Shown here piece by piece: positions 54,240 to 64,000 of a stretch of 64,000 nucleotides of DNA. Position numbers and translations under genes: made by a program. This stretch comes from Octopus vulgaris (taxonomy: Eukaryota). Under the pieces are notes generated by a model. The model was not told where the DNA came from. It saw nothing but the letters and a program-made list of their open reading frames with translations, and did not search any database. The first letter of the stretch is position 1, and the number at the start of each line of letters is the position of its first letter. The stretch spans positions 51,708,001 through 51,772,000 of the forward strand of contig OX597821.1 in NCBI GenBank assembly GCA_951406725.2, given 5' to 3'.

Positions 54240-54985
54240 TCATTCAAAGAACAGAAACAAATTACCGATTTGCTAGTTTCCTTAATGTATCACTAGATCT
54301 GAATACTGGTTTATAGGCACTATATCATAAATCTACTGAAAACCTAAGATATTTTAGTAGAAACTCAAATCGTCCCCGCACTGTTATAGATATGATAGTT
54401 AGTAACATATACCATAGAATATCTAACCTTTTCGCAAGTAAAACCATTTTTAACTCACTTGCGGATTACTACAATTCAGCACTCAATAGGGTGAGCTATA
54501 GTGAAAGAAATCAAATATATTCCTATGAGTGGGATAATAATGCATCTTGACAGTACTAATACTAGTGCAAAAATTAGGAAGAATGAATACGGAACTGTCA
54601 GTTTGGAAAGATGCAAAAAATAAATAAGTGTAGCAGTGTGGAATACAAATATGATGGATTTAATATGATTAGGAAAGATAGGAATGAAGCGGGTAATAAT
54701 TACTATAGGAATACTGTAACTAATAGGTCCAGTGGCGTAACCATGTGGCGTCCTTTCGAGATATAAGCAAAAGATATAATATTTCTAGCCTTATCTGGCA
54801 TTAGACAAGAAGGGAGATTCCACATATTTCCTTGTCAGTAGTATGCTCGTATGCCGAGAAGTCTAGGTTATGATTTCTGTTTAGAAGAGATATTATGTAT
54901 ATTATGTATGTTATTATCTAAAGAAAATTTGATTAATAGACACTGGCTTATGAGATGCCACCACTAGTTCGAAAACCTTTAAAGA
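54240..54985 (+). mobile_element. Decayed Penelope-like element (RT thumb region and C-terminal Cys/His motif)
   Basis: FLNVSLDLNTG..YHKSTENLRY..SNRP..RISNL..IFN...YYNSAL resembles PLE FLDV.L.L.TG..YRKP..SNHP; a later DFCLEE..INR..RCHH remnant. Confidence 0.62.
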
Positions 54986-55959
54986 AAAATATAATAAAAT
55001 ATTTATGAGAGAAAATACTAATTAATTCTATTACTATTCAAAACTCATTTTACGAAACCTTCAGAACGGACCTCTACATTCATATATCAAACGGACTTCT
55101 ACAGTCAGATATTTTCTTGAAACATTCAATACGAACTCTTAAACTCTGGTATCTTTATGAAAGTGTACGCTATGGTACAATGATATCTATATTTACTTAT
55201 TAGAATGAATGTATGAAGGGGAAAATCCTTTTTCAACTTTTCATCTTTGTATATAAAGCACAAACAGTATTATTTAAATCTGTATGTGCAGAGATCTATT
55301 TACTTATTTTTTTCTTCTTAGTAAGTAGGACATGCCATTAAGCATTAATAGTATTTGTATCCTTTTTATCTATTTGTGTTCGAGCGTGGGGGCGTGTGTT
55401 TGCGGCTAAGCGTTGAATTATGTGGTACTGTTATCTGTCCCTGTGGTACCAATATTTGGCTAACTGCAATACTGTGGCAGACAAACTACAAGCGTATGCC
55501 TGCATTTACTTGTCTGGATAGCAGATGAAAGAAATGTTCCCCAAGACTGCTGAAAAGAACTTTTGAAGAACATCACTATAATGTAACTTTTAAGACAGAA
55601 ACTATAATTTATTATATTGTCTAAAGCAAAACTTCCCTTAATCGCATCTGTTTTTTTTTATTATTTGGTGGGGAAGGGGGTCTTTTTTTGAATCCAGCCT
55701 TCTTGACTAGTTAATTCAAACCGGGGTTTGTTTTGTTTTGTTTCGCTTGTAATATGTAAATGTAACCATGTTAAACACTTCCCAGTATAAAATCGATACT
55801 TCAAGTATCTATAGCAAATAACTTTTATGCATGATTCTGAATAATTGCATCAACAGTATAATTAGCAGTTATTCATGCTGAGTCTCTGGGTGTTTTAAGG
55901 AGCGCTTTCACTTAACTGAGTGAGGAAGCGGAACCACTTGGCCTTAGAGTCACTTCTGT

Positions 55960-56345
55960 CAAGACTAAGACCCAGTCTTTCGTTGGCTTCTTGAAGGACA
56001 CCACGTCGTCTGTCTATGTTGTGGGTGAGAATATCGAAGCTGTTGACCGCTTCACTTATCTCAGTAATGAGATACATAGCAGCATTAGCTGCGGGTCTGA
56101 AGTCATAAAAGGACTTGGACGAGCTGATGCAGTTGTAGACTCTTTTGACAGTGGTATTTGGCACTGCAGGTATCTGAGAAGTACGACAATGTGTCGGTTC
56201 TTTTGGTCTCTGGTCCTCTCTGTCCTACTCTATAATTGTGAGGCTTGGACAATGTCCGAAGCACTTAGGAGCCACCTGAACGTCTTTGGTACCAGGAGCC
56301 AGCTGAACTTCTCTGCAGGATTATGGATTACGATTGGTCAGATTT
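55960..56345 (+). mobile_element. RTE-clade LINE fragment
   Basis: GENIEAVDRFTYLS..IWHCRYL..SLVLSVLLYNCEAWT..LNVFGTRS. Confidence 0.75.
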
Positions 56346-57400
56346 CATATCTTTGGGAGGGTAGTGGTTAATGATATATGCAATTTTGTCTTTGAAATCA
56401 CTATGAGCTAAAGCACTATTGTAATACGGGGTCAGCTTACTGAAGATATACATGTTAGAAGACACGTTAATTTATATATTTATGCGTTTGTTAGAGACTA
56501 TGCTTTTGTGTGTTGAGTCCCAAACTTAATTACTATACTAATTCTCGTTTCTTTATCTTATAAAATAATTACAAAGGTGTTCCAACATTAATTCTTTCGT
56601 GAAATTATGTTTTATCTGGTCCATCTTCTGTAAACTAAAGTTCAAAATTATCTCTTCTGACTTAGACGCAAACATTTTACGGGGGAGGGGGACATATTGA
56701 ATCCAGTATATAGCTGGTATTTGCTATTGATGTTCTTTAGCAGCATAGTCTTATGTGTGTGCGTGTGTGTGTGCGCGCGTATGTACTTATAGAAGTATGT
56801 GTTTACTTATATATACATATATATGTCTATTTCTTTATCCATCTATACACTCACACATATATGAATGAATGCATGTATATGAATATGTATAGGTATGTGT
56901 GTGTGTGTGTGTGTGTGTGTATAATTATTTATTTATTTATTTTTGTTTAAATACGTGCATGTAGTTGTTAGCATGGGCGTGTATTAACTTATTAGCTTAT
57001 ACTGACAATACAGTAAGATAATGGCTTCTGAACGAAGCAGTGAGTTACCTAAGTGTTGTTATTAGTTTTGTAGATTGTATCTGTCTGTGTGTCGACAAGA
57101 TGTTACTGGAGCAAACTATAAATAATTCATGTGAGCCATCATTGGCAATACTGAAGACGAATAAAACACAGACTTGAGACATTATAACACGGATTAGAGA
57201 TAATTAAAGTGTAAGACGAAACAGTAGACTAACGAAAGATATAGAAGAATGAGGGAATAATGAGAGAGAGGGGGGAGAGAGAAGGGGGAGAGAAAGAGGG
57301 GGAGAGGGGAAGAGAAAGGTGGGGATATCAAATGTTGTGATTATATTGACTTTGAATTTAAGGTCAGCAATTTCTTACAGAGCTGAGAAATTCTAAAGTA

Positions 57401-57970
57401 TTGGGTTGTCCGGAAAGTTCATGTCGATTTTTAAAGGAAAGGAAAAGGTCAATAAATACTTGCCATTACATTTTTAATCAACCAAATATGAACCATTTTG
57501 TTGCACAATGCGTCTCCATCTTTCCTTTAACTTGAAAATACCCTCTTCCCAGAATTGAGGAGGTTTCATGGCAAAGTATTCCTCAAGGTATCTTTTTACG
57601 TCATCCAAGGAATTGAAATTTTCACCTTTAAGACTATTCTGCAGAGACCTGAATAAGTAGAAATCCAAAGGAGCAATATCTGGTGAATATGGAGGGTGGG
57701 GTAACACATCCCAGCCGAGCTACAACAATTTTTGTCTGGTTCCCAAAGCATCAAGTGCCGAAAATGAACTTTCTTATCTTCCTTCCATTTTAAAGGGTTA
57801 CAGAATGAACGCAGGTTATAGGAACATAAACCTTCTTCCACGAAAAGATAGCTTAAATTGTGCTCTAAATAAAGGTGTAGTTAAATCCTATTTTATGGAC
57901 TCAACCATGTTCTAAAATAAGTCGAAAGTTAAGCTACTATAAATCGGCATGAACTTTCCGGACAATCCAA
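57401..57970 (-). mobile_element. 570-bp non-autonomous mariner (internal deletion)
   Basis: TA TSDs; 30-bp TIRs with 2 mismatches (ttgggttgtccggaaagttcatgtcgattt). N-terminus DKKVHFRHLML fused to LPHPPYSPDIAPLDFYLFRSLQN..WRRIVQQNGSY. Confidence 0.92.
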
Positions 57971-58159
57971 TATAAACACAATATAACGAAGGAATTATAC
58001 GTAATGTACACATTCACTACTATACGCCAAGTTGTGTAGTGTTGGTAGTTTTCTATAGTGTGCTGAAATGTTGTGTCTACAGTTTAGTGGATTATATTCT
58101 GCCTGAGTGTTCTGTAGTATTGTGCAATAGAGTGTAGTGTACTATAGTATGGTATCGAA

Positions 58160-59538
58160 AGGAAAAAAAGGACCAAATGTACTTGCCGAGCCATAGGATC
58201 ATAAGGCCAGTTTCTCGGATTTTGTGACGTATACATTCTTCCACCTGAACAGAAAGCTAGTCCGTCGCAGGATTACTCGTTTTTGCCAGCTGAGTGGACC
58301 GAAGCTATGCAAAATCAAGTGTTTCCCGGTCAAAGAATCGAAAGCACAACCTTATAATGATGACTACAACACCCAAATCACTAAACCACGCGCCTCTACA
58401 TAGTAAATATAGTGTAATGTACTCTAATTTTGGCACAACATCAGCAAGTTTGAGGGTGGTGAGGGGCTAAGAGGATTTAAATCGACCTCAGTCTTCAACT
58501 TGCACTTATTTTATCGACCCCGAGAGGATGAAAAGCAAAGTCGACCGCAACGAAATTTGAACTCATACCGTGAAGACAGGCGAAATGCCGCTTAGCATTT
58601 TTCCCGGCGTGCTAATAAATTTGCTAGTTTGCTGCATTAGAGCATTGTAGCACAAAAGTGTACTGTAATCCAGTGTATACGCTACTGTGGTGTAACATAG
58701 TATACTGTAGTTCTCTAGTATACTGAAGTATATCTTTTCTACTCTAGCCACAAGGCCAGAAATTTTGGGGGAGGGGGCCAGTCGATTAGATCGACCCCAG
58801 TACGCAACTGCTACTTAATTTGTCGGCCGTGAAAAGACGAAAAGCAAAGTCGACCTCGGCGGAATTTGAACTCAGAAGGTAGCGGCAGACGAAATACCTA
58901 TTTCATTACTACCCACAAGGGGCAAAACACAGAGAGGACAAACAAGGACAGACAAACGGATTAAGTCGATGATATCGACCCCAGTGCGTAACTGGTACTT
59001 AATTCATCGACACCGAAAGGATGAAAGGCAAAGTCGACTTTGACGGAATTTGAACAAAGAACGGAACGGCAGACGAAATACGGCTACGCATTTCTTCCGG
59101 CGCGCTAACGTTTCTACTAGCTCGCTCCCTTAGTATACTGCAGTATACTTATAGTATTTTAGTATGGTATGTTGTATTGTTCTGTACTATGGTAAAATGT
59201 ACTCACGATATAATGAGCAGCAGAATATTGTACTATATTTGTACTTTAATATAGGAGGGTGCATGGCTTACTGGTTAGGGCGTTGAACTGACGATCGTGA
59301 GAGAGTAGTTTCAATTCTTAGAGACGGTCGTTCGCTGTGTTTTTAAGCAAAACACTTCAAATCATGTTGCTTAGCGATCACTTCGACACCAGATGCACTG
59401 TACACCGTCGATTTCATGGAGGGGAATGAAATGATATACGGCATATGCATCTGATCCCTAAAACAAATCATTTGTGAAGGACTTTCGACAAAAAATCTTG
59501 AACACTCATGCGTCATCTACGACGGAAGAGTCGTCATT
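58160..59538. mobile_element. SINE cluster: C (-) 58160-58397, B (-) 58425-58632, B dimer (-) 58733-59130, C-head variant (+) 59254-59538
   Basis: Similarity to other copies; embedded in degenerate tagtg/tactg low-complexity DNA. Confidence 0.78.
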
Positions 59539-59861
59539 GAACTTCAATGGATTGTAGAGTGATGTCCTATACTCTACAGTATGCTGTAAGTATAGTATAT
59601 TGCATTAGTACTGTAGAATGCAGTACCTTAGTAATTGTAAACTTTACTGTACTCAAAGGTGGTGTAGTTCATGAATACTGAATTTATTTTCTATCCCATG
59701 ATTCTATATATTGTTTAAGAATTTCTGGCTTTTAGAGTTTATGGAAAAAAATAAATTTGTGAAACGAATTGTTTTTCTTTTTATATATTCTCCAAATTTT
59801 TCACTTTCATTTTGTCATCACTATCAACATTGTTACTAACACCATAGAGATATTGAATACT

Positions 59862-59904
<43 letters not shown>

Positions 59905-60444
59905 CGGTAGCGCCGGTGGTGGTGGTTGTGGTAGTAGTATATACTGAAGGCAGAATCACGATATATACTTGTTATATGCTTACAGATGAATCTTTCTCTG
60001 TGTTATAATAGTTTTTGTGTGTGTGTGGAGGAATAGTGGTTTCGACGTCTTTACGTCTCATCTGCGTCTAAACATTTCGTTGAGATGTTCATCTCAATCA
60101 TGTAATACAATAATTCTTCTATCTTTTTTCTCATATATTAGCAATAGTTCAATATTTCATCGAGTTTTCCTTTCAGTATTAGCCATTTTTTTCCCACATA
60201 GTTTCACATAGAAACAAAATGCAAAATGAGAATAGAAAAAGAGAAAATGCTTCAAAATATCTAAATAGATATGATTGAATGTCTAAGTGGCAGAATCAAG
60301 TTGAATATTCTTCGCAATGAATAACAAAAACAGAAACGACATAAACTCACTTTTTGCTCTATTGCCACTAAATAATACAACACAACATACACATTACTCA
60401 AAAACTATACAACATAAACTACACAATACATACTTTACATAGTC

Positions 60445-60777
60445 AGCTGGCTTTACATAATCAGCGGTTTCGGCGACGTGGGTTACAATTGATCCGATCG
60501 ACGGAACAACCTGCTCGTGAAATTAACGTGCAAGTGGCTGAGCACTCCACAGACACGCATACCCTTAACGTGGTTTTCAGGGTAATTTAGGCGTGACACA
60601 AAATGTGACAAGGCTGGCCCTTTGAATTACAGGTACTGCTCATTTTTGCTAGCTGAGTGGACTGGAGCAAGGTGAAATAAAGTAACTTGCTCAAGGACAG
60701 AACGCAACACCGAGAATTGAATTCACGACCTTACGATTGTGAGTCGAATACCCTAACCACAAAGCCACGCGCCTTCA
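60445..60777 (-). mobile_element. C-head SINE with an alternative tail
   Basis: Shares ctcatttttgctagctgagtggactggagcaa..ccctaaccac..gccacgcgcc with family C; the distal part differs. Confidence 0.78.
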
Positions 60778-60850
60778 CATAATTAGCACTCACTGATATA
60801 ACATAAAACCACGCAACACATACTTTCAAAAGGGATCAAAGGTCCTTCTT

Positions 60851-61071
60851 ATTTCTTTATTGCCCACAAGGGGCTAAACACAGAGAGGACAAACAAGGAC
60901 AGACAAACGGATTAAGTCGATTACATCGACCCCAGTGCGTAACTGGTACTTAATTTATCGACCCCGAAAGGATGAAAGGCAAAGTTGACCTCGGCAGAAT
61001 TTGAACTCAGAATGTAAAGACAGACGTAAGCATTTCGCTCGGCGTGCTAACGATTCTACAAGTTCGCCGCC
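60851..61071 (-). mobile_element. SINE family B with perfect 16-bp TSD
   Basis: atcaaaggtccttctt at 60835-60850 and 61072-61087. Confidence 0.9.
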
Positions 61072-61230
61072 ATCAAAGGTCCTTCTTGACTCATAGATTC
61101 ATAAGGCCAGTTTTCCGGGGTCTGTGGCCTATTTATTCCCCCACTTGGACGGGACACCGATCCGTCGCAGGATTACTCATTTTTGCCACATAAGTGGATT
61201 GGAGGAACGTGAAATGAAGTGTTTTGCTTT

Positions 61231-61420
61231 AGATTCTATAGCAATCTGTGTGTCGCGAAACACTGGTGTGACACGAGACGATGCTATGTGTGTCGCAGTG
61301 TAACGTGAATATAATTTTTTTCCCTGTACTTTAAGTTATATTTTTAGTTCAGATGTGCCACTGAATTTTGAAAAGGATATAAGTGTACCGCAAGTGAAAG
61401 GAGGTTGCGGAGCACAACTC
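61231..61420. mobile_element. Possible hAT (Charlie-type) MITE inserted into a SINE
   Basis: About 190 bp interrupts the SINE at its tgctc(t)agaac site; flanks ctttagat / ctctagaa resemble an NTCTAGAN target; internal gtgtcgc-like repeats. Confidence 0.45.
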
Positions 61421-61850
61421 TAGAACCCAACTTATAGTCTGGTCTAGAAATCGCAACCACAATCTTATGATCACGAGTGATACAACCTAACCACCAAGCT
61501 ACGCGCCTCCGCACAACACAAACTTTATATAATCATTATTCAATAATATAATATAACCCACACAATACATATTTACACAATGACTAGCCAGCATTAAAAC
61601 GCACAACATATGGAATACATTTACCGCTCAACAAAATAACACAATTCTTATTAAACATGCTCCATAACAGCAAGCAAATAAAACACCAAACCCAAAGACA
61701 ACAACACAAGCTCTTCACTACAAAGCAAACAGATACACTTCTATATTCCCAAAATACAATACTGCACACAGTTCCAAACACAAAGGTGCATCTGATGATG
61801 CAGCAGGAGCTCACACGAAACAGTTAAAAAGCATTATATGAATAACAATG

Positions 61851-61917
<67 letters not shown>

Positions 61918-62579
61918 TAACACTAATCACAATTTACATCTTTTGCTGATAACAATTTGGAGAAAAGTAGCCGCAAAATAATAAAATTAAAAACGACAAA
62001 CCCCAAAAAACATGGAAAGTCAATAAAGTTTTTTCATTAGATTATATCGCTAGACGAACAGAAACTTATGAACTAATGGGCTTTCTTTATTATTAAACTT
62101 ACATTTGTCTGTCGTCATCATCGTGTTGTTGTTTTGCTAAAGATGAAGTAAACAAACTTTCTTTAGTCAATTTCGAATTACTCGAAGTTCTCAACAACTT
62201 GTTTATCTATTTTATATTTTCTTCGTCAATTCTTTTATATCATGATTCAACTTGACTTTTCCGCCATTTTAGATTTTTACTGATTGCCTCATGGTTTCTT
62301 TCCTGCCTTTATTTAACCTACCATAACCCTTCCATTTGTGTTTTGGTAGCAATCGCATAAAACCTAGAACTTCCATTAGTTTTCGGGTTGGCTTTTGTAT
62401 ATTTTGTTTGTACTTTTTGTAACTTGTATTCTTTGTTTTAATCCTTGCTTTCTATAATCCAATCTATCCATTAGATTAAGTGAACTAAAGAACTAATCAA
62501 TACCATTACTTATCCAATTGATGTACAGAAATGTTTTCTCTCTCTTATTAGCAGAACATGTAACAGGAATGTCCATTAG

Positions 62580-63430
62580 GGGACTCTGGCAGAAATAGGT
62601 TCATTTGTGGTTACTTTATTATCATTTAGTAATAACCCTTTTCGTCCCGAGTTCAAATCCTGTAGGGATCGATTTTGCTTTTAATACTTCCGAAGTCGAT
62701 AAAATCAAATATCAATCGAGTAATTTAATCAAATATCAATCAAATATATTTAATCGGTTCATCCCCTCCCCCTAAAAATTTCTTCCTTTGTGTCTAAATT
62801 CTTTTTATTATAGGCACAAGGCCTGAAATTTTGAGGGATGTATCTAATCGATTACATCAACCCCAGTGATCAGTTAGTGCAATTTAATCGATCCCGGAAG
62901 GATATATGACAATGTCGTCCTCAGCTGAATTTGAACGCAGGACTTAGTGTGGCAGAAGAAATGCCATTTAGCATTTTGTCCGACCTGATAACGATTCTGT
63001 CAACTCACCGCTTTAACCTTGTGCCAAAACTTAGAAACAATTATTTCTAAAGAAATGGATTGGCACAATTGCAAAGTGACGGGAAAGTGCCTTGCTGTAT
63101 TTGTTCTGGTTTTTAATGTTCTAACCTCAAATGATGCTGAGATCAACTGATCCATTCATTCTTCCGGAGTTGATGAAAGAAAATACCTCAGGTGGTGAGC
63201 TGGCAGAATCGTTAGCATACAGGGTAATATTCCACCAAGGTCGACTTTGTCTTTCTTTTGGAGTTGATAAAATAATGACCACTTAAGCACTGAGGCCAAT
63301 GTAATCGACTTGCCTCTTACCCCGAAATTGTTGGCTTGTACCTAACTTTGAAATTGATTTTTAAAAATATCTGTCAAGTCCTGGGTCGATAAAATCAGTT
63401 TGTCTCTTCCTTAAATTTCTAACCTTGAGT
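62580..63430. mobile_element. Cluster of diverged SINE B copies in both orientations
   Basis: Repeated ctggcagaa, gtcgataaaat and gtaatcgact blocks; inverted copy at about 62810-63040. Confidence 0.7.
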
Positions 63431-64000
63431 CTATGTTAGAAGCTCCGGGAAGAGATCATTGTTCCTCATATTAGATATACTAGAGAGTAGTAATAATACT
63501 CCGGAACGTTACAGTATTCACTAGTTGTATCGTTGACACTTTCTTAGAAAATCTACAAAAACGAACTCATGTTGTATCAGATAGTGGAGTAAGAAGACAG
63601 AAATATTCGATTGCAAAACGTCTAACAAGCTAACCACATAACACAGTTACTGCTGTTGTTTAGGCCCAAATCCGCTCTAACCGAGTATACATACGCACAT
63701 AGGCGCAACTAAGTGGGAACTAAAGATCTATTGTTACAGATATACCATGTTACCGAACAGATATGGATCCATACTTTTTGCATGCTGTTATAGATTGTAA
63801 GGTGGAGCGCTGTGACACTCTGAACATATAAATATATAGTTTTCGTGGTCTTGTGTGTGACCACGCAGAATCCATGTCATTGTCTTTGTTTTGTCTAGTT
63901 AGTTGCAGGATCCTTGCATGACTGGCGTATTTTCTTAGGGGTCAATTGTTTAAATGCCTCCGGTATTGCATCAAATAATAAATACAGCATACAGTCCATA

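Overview
AT-rich, repeat-saturated animal DNA. The SINE families and microsatellite density suggest an octopus/coleoid cephalopod genome (inference). Almost the whole window is intron of one + strand gene, a receptor guanylyl cyclase (natriuretic-peptide-receptor-like). Two kinase-homology-domain exons are visible: 8629-8706 (GSIVAIKKINKSYVTVSKPLLMEIKH) and 49257-49361 ([35 protein letters not shown]), separated by a 40,550-bp phase-0 intron. The introns hold two nests of R4/Dong-type non-LTR retrotransposons in (TAA)n tracts, plus HERO-, RTE-, CR1- and Penelope-like remnants. They also hold five mariner derivatives, a deleted Chapaev3-like transposon, a decayed 28S rRNA fragment, three tRNA-derived SINE families and many microsatellites. 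The most notable observations are a perfect 57-bp fold-back at the 5' end of a truncated Dong copy, a minimal hammerhead-ribozyme fold with a variant core, inverted SINE pairs bracketing the 105-nt exon, an apparent SINE-tail/(TAA)n/Dong relationship and a mariner derivative built from two 5' ends. I see no clear evidence of a wholly new protein-coding system. Family assignments come from recalled motifs, not database searches. Most ORFs in the supplied track are microsatellite or repeat artefacts.
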